Part shown: positions 34,159 to 47,700 of the stretch, one piece after another
Layout of the letters: each line of letters starts with the position of its first letter
How positions within the stretch are numbered: position 1 is the stretch's first letter
DNA from: Bugula neritina
Taxonomy: Eukaryota > Animalia > Bryozoa
Length of the DNA: 64,000 bases
Assembly: GCA_964035545.1 (NCBI GenBank)
Contig: OZ037766.1
Span: forward strand, 33,507,923-33,571,922
Direction: 5' to 3'
Translations under genes and position numbers: made by a program
Notes under the pieces: model-generated
The model's input: only the letters and a program-made list of their open reading frames with translations
Told to the model about the DNA's origin: nothing
Database searches by the model: none

Positions 34159-35547
34159 CAGTGGCGGATTTCTGAGCCTAGATAGATCCAAGGGTCCCAC
34201 AATTACTCTTTTCGAGAGGTCTTGGGACTTAACCCAGTCAAGATTAAGATACTGATTGTTTATATCATGTTTGTTGGTTCAAATTTCTACATCGACAGGG
34301 CAAAACATTACTACTCAGTACTAGTAGAATAGTAGTACTAGTACCGGGTATTTATAAATATAAGCTTGTTGGTTGTTAGTAAGTTGTGTACAGTAACTGT
34401 AAAATTTTCATTACTATTCATTATAATCTAAGTTGTTTATCATGGCGACTAGATATTTAAATCCTTTTGTTTGTCATGCATTAGGGCACTCTTCTAAAAT
34501 TTAATGTGTCATTTATTTGACTCTATAAAGTGTTCAGTTCTCTAACTAGCCTAATAGTATAGTCAGACATGACAAATTTTCATTTGTTTGGTTCAACAAT
34601 CATCACACCTCTTTGTCACTCCAACTGCAGTAGTAGTGTATAGTTGCTTAGCAGTGGTGCTTTTACTAGCAAAGTTGTTACTAGTTAAATTTAATCATAG
34701 TTGTGCAATAACAAAGTGAAAGTTTTTCGTTAATAAACTAATTATAATCAAATATGACAAATTAAATTTATTAGCTAAGCAAAAGCTGAAATTTTAGTAA
34801 ATTTATGTTTAACAACAATTGGACTATGAAAAGTAAATGAAAATGACACGTATAGCTAAATGTCCTGTTCGTGTTTTTATATCAAACTCAATCTGATTAT
34901 ATATTCTTTCGTAGCCTTTCATTACTTATTACTTATATTTTTTATTGTTACTGGATAAAAATCAAAATGCCCTGTTTTATAGTATTTTCTCTATAAAAGA
35001 ACTATTGCTAAGACATTTTTAGCTAAACTAATTATAAAATAAAATAGAAGTTGGTGTCAACTTTAGGTGAAATGATTCAGTTGCATCAATTTCAATTTAA
35101 CCACATCTTTCCTTTTTTTCAAATCGCTGCTACTCATTGTGCACCTCGACTCAGTTGTTTCTGAGGATCTTTGTAGTCAGGATTAGAAAGATTATACTGA
35201 TACAGTGCAGCTGGTCAAGCTCTGACAATTGCTATAAAAAAACCGTACTTCTGTCATAAAAACTGCTTGAAATAATTTTAAGATGCTGCTGACTAACAAA
35301 ATAATATATTTCCTACAAATTTTGTTTATTTTAATTTATTATTTTTTATTATTAATATTAGTAAATATTAATTATTTAATTAAGTTACAAGCAATGCCGC
35401 TTGAGCAATTTATTTGCCATGTGAATTATGCCAGCACTTCTTGCTTTTTGAAATAAGCCAATGGAGTGCAAGCAGATAAAATTGTGAGCTGGAACCTAGC
35501 TGGGTCATAGACTTTGCCACTATGGAGTGAGTAACAAACATATAACT

Positions 35548-35648
35548 CTACACGACACTAACTACACTACACAACACTAACTACACTACACAACACTAAC
35601 TACACTACACAATACTAACTACACTACACAACACTAACTACACTACAC
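35548..35648. repeat. 19-bp tandem repeat, about 5 copies
   Basis: Unit ACACTAACTACACTACACA. Confidence 0.9.
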
Positions 35649-36066
35649 AGATTGAAAACACAATCAATGTGCAAATCACACTGATTGCAGACCTCCCAAA
35701 CTCAACTACAGAAAATTTAGTAAGCAGTATTTTAGTTATTATTTCCATGGGATGCACCCTTTATTCCGTTAATATCTTATGTTTTATCTGCAAAGCTATT
35801 CCTGTTGCATGTGTCAATAGAGAAAAGTTACTTAATTGAATGTATTCCAAACAGTTTAAACTCATTGATAATGAAATATTTGCAGCTTAGCTGCACACAG
35901 CATTTTAAAGCTTTCTTCTTTTTTATGTTAAGCTAAATTTTGGCTATTGTTGCTGTTTAGAGAGAAGTATAATAGCTGTATCTCTCTCTACGACTGTTTG
36001 AAGTCAGGTGCAGTCATGGTGGAGCATTTCAGACACTTTTGTGTTCATCCAGATACAGCAGCAGTA

Positions 36067-36263
36067 ACAGACCTCTCGCTCACCCACCACAGACCTCTCA
36101 CCCACCACAGACCTCTCACCCACCACAGACCTCTCGCCCACCACAGACCTCTCGCCCACCACAGACCTCTCGCCCACCCACCACAGACCTCTCACCCACC
36201 ACAGACCTCTCACCCACCACAGACCTCTCGCCCACCACAGACCTCTCGCCCACCCACCACAGA
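36067..36263. repeat. 18-bp C-rich tandem repeat, about 10 copies
   Basis: Unit ACAGACCTCTC[A/G]CCCACC. Confidence 0.92.
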
Positions 36264-37504
36264 TGTCTCTTTCACTTGCAGTAATTATGGTAACTATTAT
36301 TAACCATAACCAGTCACTACTTAAATATTAGTTGACAGACTACAATATTCTCCAGGTAGAAATTTTTATGGTTACTTGTGGCATTTAGAAGTGTTTTATA
36401 TCAAGTTTTTCACATTTGTAATTTATTGAACCGTATAGGCCATCATGTTTTATATTTTACTTTCATGTTATTTCAGGTCTGAGAGAATGAAAGCTGTTAC
36501 AGATGAATGTTCTAGTCTTATGGACTGAACTATCCTACAGGTAATGCACAAGATCTCTACTAAAGGTGACACATTGTTAGATGAGTTCCTTTTGTGACTC
36601 AAAACTCCTTTACTGGTGAGACTCAGTCATATTCCATGAGTCACGAGGTGAAACCTCCAGAACTCATCAGAATTTCTCTATATTAGCAGATCTGTAACTC
36701 TATAATGCTCTTTCTTATATAGAAGTTAAGGATTGATAGTTAATGTAGAATGTTCTCTGTTGTGTATATTCTGTACACTGTGGGTTAAGTTTCACACTCC
36801 ATAACTGAAATACCACCAGAGTAGAGAATACTAAGTAAAGCTGACTTGAAAATTTGCTCTAAAGTTTAGAAATAGACTTGAAGCTTCTCGGGCATTACTT
36901 AATTTCAGCTGGTGGTAGTATTTTAGGTAACTTTAGTTGGGAAACTTCATATATCAATTTACTTAATTTTCCAATTGGATGAAATTCTACATTTATTTAG
37001 CTGCTTTGATATAATATTTAAAGACACACTAGTATCTGGTTGTCTATATGTAATAATATTTTTATATGTAGATCATCCTTTGACAAATTGGGGAGTTTGA
37101 GTTACCTTGTTGTGTCTTGTAGCATTGGGAAGTTTGGCTTTGCTGTGAAATAGCTGCTCTGTGTTTATAATAAATGATGACGTAACAGAAAATCTATAGC
37201 TTGACTAAAGAAAATGGGAAGGTGTGACTTCTATAACCAGCTGGTGCCAAACTTCCAAAAGTGGTGAGCAAAAAACATTCAAATACGGATTTTATTTGAT
37301 ATGCTAACAATTGCTTTAGTGTAATACACAACGCATCATCATGTTTCCCTAACTTATAAAATTCTGGCTGCAGATGTATCTGATTTTGTTTGAAAATTAT
37401 GAATCATGACCACAACCAGTTGCTAAACCAGTTGCTGTCAAGGCAGCATGATGTCGTATTCTGATCCAAGTTGCTATAAACTCCTTCATTTTTATTTGTC
37501 TCAG

Positions 37505-39769
37505 GTCGAAAGTGTGCTGTGCAGAGTAGAGTTAGCCAGCAAACTAAAGAAGATACCCTTAAACTGCTGTGTCAGGCTTGTGGTTTCCAGGCTATGACTA
37601 AGGCTAATGCATCTCCGAGTGTTGATTCACAAGAATAATTAGAACAGGTATATGAAAGTTGTATGCGAGAGCTTTCGATGTCTTGAGTTTTGGTTTGTCT
37701 CGTAGTTATCTTCAAGTTTACGAAAGAAGATTCTAGTAAGTTAGCTGTTTGGTGACTTTCTCTAACAATAAATAAGAGTATTTTGGTCATGAATCATTCA
37801 TTTTATATCTCAACTTTCTTACTCTTTACCTTCTTTACAATCAAATGGTGTTTTGTGTGTTGCTCATTTACACTACACTGTTAACACTGTGTACATTGTT
37901 TTCTATCAACTCAGTATCCTGCACCATGTGTCGTTATACTGTAGGGTTGAGTGTACAGAGTGTAGTTTCAGCTGTCCTTACCCTAATGGTTTTCAAACAC
38001 ACATGAGAGCACATACAGGATACAAGCCGTTCATCTGTAGTATGTGTGGTAGGTACTCTGTAGTAGTTACTGTATACTCTCTGGCCGTTACTGTATATTC
38101 TGTGGTAGTTACTGTACACTCTGTAGTAGTTACTGTATACTCTCTGGCCGTTACTGTATATTCTGTGGTAGTTACTGTACACTCTGTAGTAGTTATTGTA
38201 TACTCTGTTAACAGGGAAGTGCTTCATAACGGGCAGTGAACTAAGGAAACATGGATGCCTTCACACTGCGCCTGTATAAAGGAGGTACTCATGTGAAATC
38301 TGCAACAAAACCTTACACAACTCTGCAGCACCTGGAGTTGCACACGAGGCGGTATACAGGTGAGTTACCTTACGGCGTTATATCAGAATGACTTTATCTG
38401 GTAACACTGGTTATTGAGTGTGTCTGTTTTCATATTCGTGAATGCTTTATCCTGGCTATGACTCATTTCATTTTATTACTGAATGTTAGCATTTAAAAAA
38501 AGATATTAATAAGCTTTTTGGATCCAACTCTGTTATAGAATATAACTTTTATGTGTCATAAACATGTTTTTTCTCTTGTACAGAATTGTATTCAGTGTGG
38601 CTAAGCCCCAACTTCTATAGAACCAAAGCTACAATTTTGCTCCAGTTTCTTATATATAGCCTGTGGTCACATACTCCTCAGTGGGTACCCCCCCTCTGTC
38701 ACCTCCAGATTGTAACACTATCTCAGTCTACTGTAGTATTATAGCTTTGTTATACAGGCTTTAAGAGAAAAGGCTATGCAAAGCTTTCAGATGAAAAGCT
38801 ATGTAAAGCTTTCAGATGAAGAGCTAATGCTTCATGTACAAACTGTTGTTCACTCTCTCTTTACGACTCAACCTAGTAACATGTGCTGTGCCCAGTAAAG
38901 CTTTTTCACATGATACTGCATCTACCTGACAGGTGAGAGGCCGGTCAGTGTCCATTCGCTCCTCCATCCAAATCAGTGCTGCTGAATCATCAGACGGGAC
39001 ATACTGGAGAGAAGAACTACAGCTGTCATCTCTGCTCCTTCACCTGTGCTAGCAGTGGTAAGATAATACTATACTTATTTATACTACTAGCTGTATTGAG
39101 ACAATGCTACACCCACTTATAATTTTTTCTTGAACTAGACGATAGGCTGCTTCACCACTAGTTTTTATTACTAATTCAATTGCAAAGCTAGAATGACTCA
39201 GCTATATAGCTGGCTGCTGTTAAGCCAGTGCATTAGAGAATAGCCTTTATTTTAAGCTATTTACAGCAAGCTGATGACAAATACAATTGGTAATCAGTAT
39301 TCTATTAGGCATAGACCCACAAGGTAGCTATTTTGTGTTATATTATATTATTATATATTCAAATTTTGTTCTTTTGATAGTTTATAGTGTTGTAGCTTCA
39401 CTGAATAATGATATTTCTTGTATTTATGTTTTGTATTGCAGTCAGTTGGTCATGTGTTATATAGTTGACATTGTTTAATAGGTTTCACAGTTAGTAAAGG
39501 TTGGTCACCTAGAAATAAAAGATAAATCCAGCCTCTCAGGCCTAGTAGTTTATTCAGTGGCAAATTAGCATCAGACTCTACTTATGGTCATAAGTCTTGA
39601 GAATGAAAATTTTATACTTCTGTTGCAGACACACCCACCAATGGCGTTGGCGGAGACAACTCTCCAGACTGTCATGGTTGCTGCCAAGCCATCACTTCCA
39701 GAGTCATCTCAGCAGATGCCTTTCATTAAATCAGCCCATCAGATTCACTTGAGTGAAGCACAAATATGA
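37505..39769 (+). pseudogene. Disrupted multi-exon C2H2 zinc-finger gene (clear exons 37945..38048, 38215..38359, 38933..39057; outer limits uncertain)
   Basis: Reads CTECSFSCPYPNGFQTHMRAHTGYKPFICSMCG|KCFITGSELRKHGCLHTAPV*RRYSCEICNK, with an in-frame TAA at 38277-79. A +1 frameshift follows, the second His of the next finger is Tyr, and the following exon (GERP...HTGEKNYSCHLC) is also frameshifted. Confidence 0.75.
38054..38208. repeat. 21-bp intronic minisatellite, about 7 copies, with a 63-bp higher order
   Basis: Unit TACTCTGTAGTAGTTACTGTA; the array fills the intron 38049-38214. Confidence 0.9.
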
Positions 39770-40039
39770 CCAGCCTTTGATTCTAGCTGCACGTTGCTAC
39801 AGCAGGTGCCTGGTACCACGACTCCAAAGTTTGACATGAGCTGTAGGCACCCTATGCCTCAGGAGATAATTCTCTTGCATAGCTGTGTATCATCATATTA
39901 GGCTCTTGTATACAATATTGACATGAGGACAAATTGTATGCTTGCCGATTTTGTTGCTACATTTTGTTTGGCTACAAGTTAATTACTTATAAGAATATAA
40001 CTAATTTTTTAAATGTTTTTTTAATTAACTAGATTAAAA

Positions 40040-41010
40040 TTGCAACAATAAAATCTAGTGGCTTTGACAGTGAACATATACTTCTTACCTGCAAAGAAAA
40101 ATCAAAATCAAACCTTAGCCTTAGCTTTAGTCTTCATACATATATTTTGACATGCAAAGTGAACAGAGAAGTGCATTAAGAAAGGGGAACAGAATGGACT
40201 AACCTCTCCTGTTGAGTTTGCTTTATCTGATGTAATCTTTGTGTAACGCAGAGGTCAATGTGGGAACCTGGGCCCAGGTCATTAAATATTCCGACAGCAG
40301 CTTTTTCACGGGCTCAAACTACAAAAGTCTTAAGACTTTAGAGAGGAAAGCAAACTGGAAAACAAAAACTTTGATCGGAAAGAGAAAAGGTAACTGCTAT
40401 AAGAGGAAAGCAAACAGGTTTACAAGAAATATAACAAAGAGAAAAGTGAACAGCAAAACAAATTTACTAGAATGATTTCTACATGCTACATATCACGTAC
40501 CTACTTGTCCGGTTTCTATCCGTTCTTGAAGACGGTCATAGCAATTAGCGAGCGGAACATCAGAGGATCCATGAGAGAGTTTGGGGCCTGTAGGGACCAC
40601 TCAAAGAAGTAGAGACTAAAGACAGCATGCCAGCTTATCAGCAGTAGATGTTTGGTGCCATATAATGTATCTTGGAGCAGTTCTTGTTAGCTACCACAGT
40701 ATCTTCTGTAGCCCTAGTATCCATGCCCAGGATAACTCCATCCTAAAACACAGTTTAGAGATATAAGTTGTGTAAACTCAATACTTTGCAACTAACATTT
40801 CCTATTTTTATTATGGCCATAACAATTGTTAAACAATAATAGCAATAACACCTAATCCACAAACAACTTTGTCTCAAACTGAATTTATTAACTATTTTTC
40901 AACAAATAAATTATGTGCATCAAAAAATGAAAAATGAAACTTACCTTATAGTCGTGCCAGTACTGTAACCTTTTGATGCTGTAAAACCTTTAGATGAAAG
41001 ATGAGCATTT
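40040..41010 (-). pseudogene. PSMB7: Unprocessed proteasome subunit beta type-7 (beta2) pseudogene; exon relics 41010-40945, 40742-40501, 40318-40204 and 40088 to about 40040
   Basis: Minus strand reads NAHLSSKGFTASKGYSTGTTI (AGxxxK deleted, frameshift) | [34 protein letters not shown] ... PTGPKL/HGSSD ... AMTVFKNG*KPD | GIFNDLGPGSHIDLCV. These are hallmark PSMB7 motifs with GT-AG introns retained and stops at 40635-40640. Confidence 0.88.
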
Positions 41011-41187
41011 CTAAAACAACCAACTCTCAAGTTAATTCCTGTTGCTTGAAGAGAGATGTGCGTTTCCAAAGACTGAATGAAGAAAGAGCTGAAAGTGCAG
41101 GGTTTATATTAGTCTAGAAAATAGCTTTTTTCTGAAATAGCCAAAATAGCTGCACACAAGCAAATAACACAACAGAGGAAAACATAC

Positions 41188-41260
41188 TGTAGCTAACATA
41201 GCCTAATGTAGCTAACATAGCCTAATGTAGCTAACATAGCCTAATGTAGCTAACATAGCT
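41188..41260. repeat. 19-bp tandem repeat, about 4 copies
   Basis: Unit TGTAGCTAACATAGCCTAA. Confidence 0.9.
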
Positions 41261-44200
41261 ATGTTAATACAATCAAAGCTGTAATGATTCAACAAAAGCT
41301 TTCCATGCTCATGTAATGCCCAAACAATTTTTATGCCTTACAGTGTACCTGTAAAAGCACATATGCCCAAATGTCAACAGCGAACAGGTTATGCAGAATA
41401 GATAAGGTGGACAACATATTTTCTCCCTTATAGTTCAGTAGAAATATATAACACAGGAGTTACCAACCTTTCCCTAATATTCCCCCTTTCATGAATATTT
41501 ACTATTAATTTCCCCCTTTTGACAAACTGTGAAATTTTTTTATAACTGGCATCATGATAATATAGGATACAACAATATACATTATATGAAAAGTGAAGCA
41601 GTATTTACAGCTCTAAATCCTGCATGGCACACTAACAACTATCAAGACAAACATCCACAATAAAAGTGACTTTAAAAACAACAAAATTTAGTTGAAGGAC
41701 CAATAACCAGTTTTAGAGACTATAGAGAATAAGAACATTGTATATAATGCATAGTACCAGAGGCATATAGTTTAAATGTGAGACTTTGGCAGAATTTGGC
41801 TGCTACTGGTAAAACCCATTCGGTAGTAATTTAAAATTGGAATATTCAGCTGATTGTGGTAAAATAATATAATTAGGGTATAAAAGTAGACATCAACCAC
41901 CGAGGGTATCGTAATCAGGTTAAGATAAACTGCATAAAACATCCAGGCCATACCAACTTATAGAGAAGCAAAATAGTATATCAGTTCAACTTTAGTCAAA
42001 TTTTATTAGTAATTCTTGAAAATATAACTGGATAAAAAGTTTGAAACTGTTTACTGGTAAAATTGTGATTAATTAAAAATTTCCGAATAATTCTAGAAGT
42101 AGTTTAATCAAGGATTCATGTTATACTTATTAGGAATTGTTGGGACTTTACATAAGTTGGGAAAGCTTTTCCCTAATGCATTATAGCTTTTCATGCATTA
42201 TTACAGCTATGCAAGCTATATTACAATTTTCTGACACTCATTACGGCTACTAAACAATAGCTGACTTTTTTGACTGGTATAACAACCCAGTATTTTCATC
42301 TATCTTTAAACTTGCGTCTTGCAACTTATGATGTAAAGGCTTTTACATCGCTTCTTTCTTTTAGACTGCTACAATAAATATCTCTATATATTAAAAACAA
42401 CAGGAATTACCTCCATATAGCTCATCCAGCTGACCCATGTGAAGAATAATCTAGAATGGCTTTGTCCAACTTTATACCCAATTGGTTGGTTGTCTAGTAG
42501 ATGACCATGTGACCATTACAGCAGTTACTGCAAGAAGAAAGCAGTCTATAATTATGTGGTGTTGCATATCATGAAAAACAATGAAATAAAATACTATAAA
42601 TATAACTTATTTTATAAAACATTATAATTGAAGAAAGCAACGAAAGTAAAAATGGAGAACAACAGGGGGAGATTCACATTTTTTATTGATGTATAGGTGT
42701 ACAGAAGAGTGTCACAATTAATTTTAAAAAATGATTTGTTGAAAAAGCCATAACCAAAAATCAAAAATGAAAGCCTGACTTCGTTTTCTTACCACAAGCA
42801 AGCATAGCACTATGTAAACTTATATTTTTTAATAAGAGGTTTTCACACATTCAGCAATAAATTGACAGACCAACAAATATGATTGAAGAGTGCTCATTTA
42901 GATGGAATGAGGTTTGGTAGTATTTACAAGCTCCAAAATCAAATGAATTACTTATTGATGGTTTTCAATGAATACAATGATTGTATTAACATGAAATTAA
43001 AATCCTAAAATAAAATCCCAATCATGTGCTGATTTTTCATCTCTTCAGTCAAGTTTGTATGGAGCTAGGGTAAGGTTGGCAAGAGCTATTACAATAGGCT
43101 GTTTTAACTTTCATTAGAAACACATATGGCAATTCTTGAATGAAATAAACAGCTAAAACTTTTAAAGCTAAATATAACAACAGAAAAACAGCCAAGTGTT
43201 ACGGTAGAATTAATCAACAGTGGACTTCATAGCTAACAGGACATATAGTATCAGTATTTTATGTGCCGAACAGTACAGTTTCATTTTAATCATCACTTTA
43301 TAGTACAATTCTATGTGCACAACTTCCCAAAGTTATATATTCTACACCTTACACAATTATATTGCAACTTTTATCAAAAGCACATGCTTCAGTGTTTGAG
43401 TAGTAACGCTTGTTATGCTTATCCTAAATCATACTTTGTCCAAGGGAAGGTAGAAAAAGCTGAATCTAACATCATTTATGAGAGTAGCTATCCCCTGGTA
43501 GTAGCTTTATGAATGCTAAAACCTAAAACCTACTAGCACATAACATAGGGAAAGAGCAAATATTGTTACAATAAACAATTCATTTAGATACAAACCTGAA
43601 CCGATGAAAACTTTCATTGAATCAAACACAGAGAGAAGACAACTTCTACATCGCATCTCATGGATTTAAAACCAGTCTTGATAGCAAGGGAACTTTTATC
43701 TGCATGTGGTTGAACACGACTACAAAACAGACAATAAATATTCTAAACTACCTTAATATATAAAACATTTTATTTTAATTTGCTAATAGTAATTGTTTGC
43801 AGAGCTGCGATACTAGTCTACTGACTACAAGTGATTAACTTAAACAAATTCACAAGACTTGGAGTTAACAAGACTAAAATAATAAATAAACCACAACATT
43901 GTTACTACCACTTCAAACAGAAATAGATATACATGAATTATGGACATCAGTTATCAAGAAGAATACAAGAAGCACAAGATAATTCTTCCAATACATCGTG
44001 TAAAACTAGTAAAATTGAAACCACAGAGAAAATTATTGTAAATAATAAATACCTAATTATAACCAAGATGGGGCTCACAGAACTGACCACAGTTGACTAG
44101 GTCACATCTTCCTGGTGTAGACCATATGTTCCCTAATCATGTGTGAATATCTGAGCTGCTCGGAGACATTCTAAAAAACAAAACACATTTGACAAATTCA

Positions 44201-44261
44201 AGTTGTTGAATAAATGATGACAGACATGTATGAGACAAATTATAGACTGTAGAATCTAGAG

Positions 44262-44783
44262 CATGGGTGCTCAACCTTATTGGAAAAAAGGCCGCAAAAA
44301 AATTTGAGCCACCATAAAGGCCACTAGAAAATTCAATGTCAATTTCACTGTCAAAACCCTCCATATATCATTAAAGCCTATTTTTAAATTTATGTGTTTA
44401 TTTTGTTATGAAAAACAGATCCAGGAGAATAACTTGAATTGTTCAAGAAAGTAAGTCTTTTTTGTACATTGTACAAAGCACAGTATGGTTTGATAATTTG
44501 GTTTAATGTCCGATGCCGATATGTGAAGAATATCGTCCAGATAGAAGTCCGTTAGCCTCTATCTGAATTTACTTTGGGCATATCCCATCCGAGAGAATAA
44601 GTGTTCACATCAATATGTACTAGCAGTCATGATTCATATAGTAAACTTGGGAATTAGTAAAAAGCAAAATTTAGGAAGGATTGAAACTGAACTAAATTCT
44701 CATTTTACTAAGAGACCAAAAGGCGACATTTACCAGCTCAAAAGGCCGCCAAAAGTCAAAAGGCCGCAGGTTGAGCATGGCTG
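44262..44783. mobile_element. 522-bp hAT (Charlie-like) MITE
   Basis: Perfect 8-bp TSD ATCTAGAG (44254-61 and 44784-91), imperfect TIRs CATGGGTGCTCAACCT and AGGTTGAGCATGGCTG, and an empty site in the paralogous block at 50797-50804. Confidence 0.92.
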
Positions 44784-47700
44784 ATCTAGAGTATGGGAAA
44801 TTTGTATCATGATAAAATCAACTTAGTCTACAGAACCAGGAAAGACACTTCGTTGAATCAGAAACTTTTTCAGTTGAAACAACGTAGACTGAATATTCCA
44901 CTTTTTAATTTCAAGGAATGATTATGACTATAATATGAGTATGTAACTGAAATAAAGTCAAACAAATTGAATTATTGGGTAGGAGTTAAAATTTATTGCA
45001 CAGTTATGGCTATTTTGAAAAGAAAAGCTGATTTCAATTATGAGCCACACAGTACAGAGCAGCAAATCAATGAATTAAAATCATAAGCTTGTACATGTGG
45101 TGAGCAAAGCAACAGCCGCACTATTACAGAAAGGTCATTGTAAAATGTTAGTGTAAATATTTGTGCAGAGGGATTGATATAGAATCACAAAAATTATGTC
45201 TAATGATCATATATCACAACAAAATACCTTAATTATTAAAACGGCATTATATTAATATATAAATTAACCATCCCTTCAGTGTGGATAACAATTAATTAAG
45301 GCAAGCAGATAAAATCAAGCTGAAGACCATGATGAGTATGTAACTGAAATAAAGTCAAACGAATTAAATCATTGGGCAACAGTTAAACTTTATTATACTG
45401 GTAAGGCTGTAGTGAAAAAAATTAAAACATTTGATTTCAATTATACTATTATTCTCAGTATTGATTTTGTAGTTCAGTTCAACAGACCAGAGAAGAACAG
45501 GGTAGAAGTTGTGTTGAAATTAGGCTAATTTGGAGCTAAGCTAAATTGAAATTCATTATATGCCTTGCAGTTGTATTAACTCAAATGACTGCATAATCAA
45601 ATTGATAAAAAATGAGTGGCAGCTTATAAATTGAATAAAATATTCAATTTGAATTCTAAGCCTATTAATGAATACAGATTAACAAACAGTTTACTAAAGA
45701 CGGTACAAAATTATTAAATGACGTGCTAAATAAAGGATTACTTTGGTAAGATGACCAAGCAGTTTCAGTTGCTGGACCAGTCAGTTTGAAGGGCAACTTA
45801 GTAATGACAGGGCAGAAATTGGCAGAAATTGAACAGGTGAGCTAGAAAAACTGCTTGTTCGAGAAGCTATTCAGGTGAATGATGAAAATAAATGTTGCAA
45901 CTTGTGATTTGACTTTTCAAATTTTTATGGAGCTTTATCATCCTTCTAACCATTCACCATTAAATCACTAATTTCTCTTATCGTATGCAACTAGATATTA
46001 CCATGAGGTTAGGGACCTAAAGAAAAAGGACAGGGCTGTGCATGCACTTGCTTACTCCCAACTCTTGCTTACTCCCAACTCTGACTACTGGTTGCAGGTA
46101 AACATTCAACTACTTGTTTGAAATGTGTTGGGAGGTCATGGTCATGAATTACTAGACATTCTGTATAGCATTAAGTTTACTATAATATGTGTGTACTGTC
46201 ACTGTATGCCTGATGAAATAACTTTTATGGACATCGATATTAAATAGCAGGAATTTGGGATAAGGTAACTTTAGAAAATAAAGATTTAAAATAAAACATA
46301 CCACGGACAGATAAAGATGAGGCTTACAGGGATGGGAAGAATAACACAGAGAGAAAAAGAGTAGAGGTTGCTGTTCCTCTGCCCATTCTGTAACACAAAA
46401 AAATAGTGAATAAACTTGTTCAAAATACATTAGAAAAAAGGAAGCAATAGAAACATCACCTGTAGAATTTTTTCTATCAAAATGACAAATTTACTAGTAA
46501 ATTCCAAGCATTCAAAAAACACTCAACACTATGTTAACTCTGTAGAAGTATATATTATATCTAAAGTTTCTAAGTGGTTAAATGATTGAACCAACATCAA
46601 AATTTTCTACTCATATATAATACAGATGTGTGATATAAATAGGAAATCTAGTAATGTAATGAGTCTTGTGAAACAGTATAAATTTACAGCTCTAAAACCC
46701 ACGTCGCAAACCAACAATTGAAAGAATCAAGACAGAAATTCACAATAAAAGTAGCTTTAAAACAATAAAATTTAGTTGAAGCATGAAACACCAGTTTTAG
46801 AGAATATAGAAAATAAGTATATTGTATAATGCATACTACGAGAGACTTTGACAAAATTACGCTGTACATGCCACAGTTAGCCCTAATTTGCTAATAATTC
46901 AAAAATGCAACATCCAGCAGCATGACTTAATGCAATCTCATATTTCTAAACATTTATAGTTCTCAATAATTTAAACGTATACTGAAAATACATCAAACTT
47001 GAATATTTGGTAAATAATAGTAAGAGAAGTAGAGGCTATGATATAACAACAGAAAACAATTACAGGACTGGAGAAAATAATGAGTTGAAATAACACATAC
47101 CACGGACAGATACAGATGAGGCTTACAGGGATGGGAAGAATAACACAGAGAGAAAAAGAGTACAGGTTGCTGTTCCTCTACACATCTTGTAAAACAAAAA
47201 ATAGCATATAAACTTGTTCAAAATACAATAGAAAAACGGAAGCATGAGTTATGGCAATAGAAACATAACCTGTAGAAATTTTTCCTCCAAACTGACACTC
47301 AACACTATGTTAATACTGTATAGGAGTATATGTTATATCTAAAGTTTCTAACTGGTTAAATGATTGAACCAACATCAAAATTCTCTACTCATGTATATAA
47401 TACAGATGTATGATATAAAGTAGGAAATCTAGTAAAGCAATGAGTCTTGTGAAACAACTTACAGAGAAGTAAAATGCTATATCGGTTTAGCTTGAGTTCA
47501 ACTATAATTGTTAATTCTTGAAAATACAACTTGATGAAAAATTTGAAACTGTTTACTTGTTGAATTGTGATTAAATGCAAATTTGTGAACAATTCTATAG
47601 ATATATAAATAGCTTCACCAAGGAGACATGTTATACTTAATAAGTATTACCTCCATATAGCTCTTACAGCTGACACATGCCAAGAATAATCTAGAATGAA

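Noticed and set aside
34159-35135. Possible hAT-like element starting CAGTGGCGGATTT
   Set aside because: The candidate right end (AAATCGCTGCTA near 35121) is a weak match and no TSD was found.
35947-36303. His/Pro-rich ORFs
   Set aside because: They derive from the 18-bp repeat. The upstream 35962-36063 segment may be an exon relic but could not be linked or identified.
40081-40110. Minus-strand TTTCTTTGCAG|GTAAG as a recursive splice site
   Set aside because: Better explained as the acceptor of the decayed last PSMB7 exon in a pseudogene.
41453-42172. Possible hAT MITE (CAGGAGTTACCAACCT ... AGTTGGGAAAGC)
   Set aside because: The TIR match is poor and there is no TSD.
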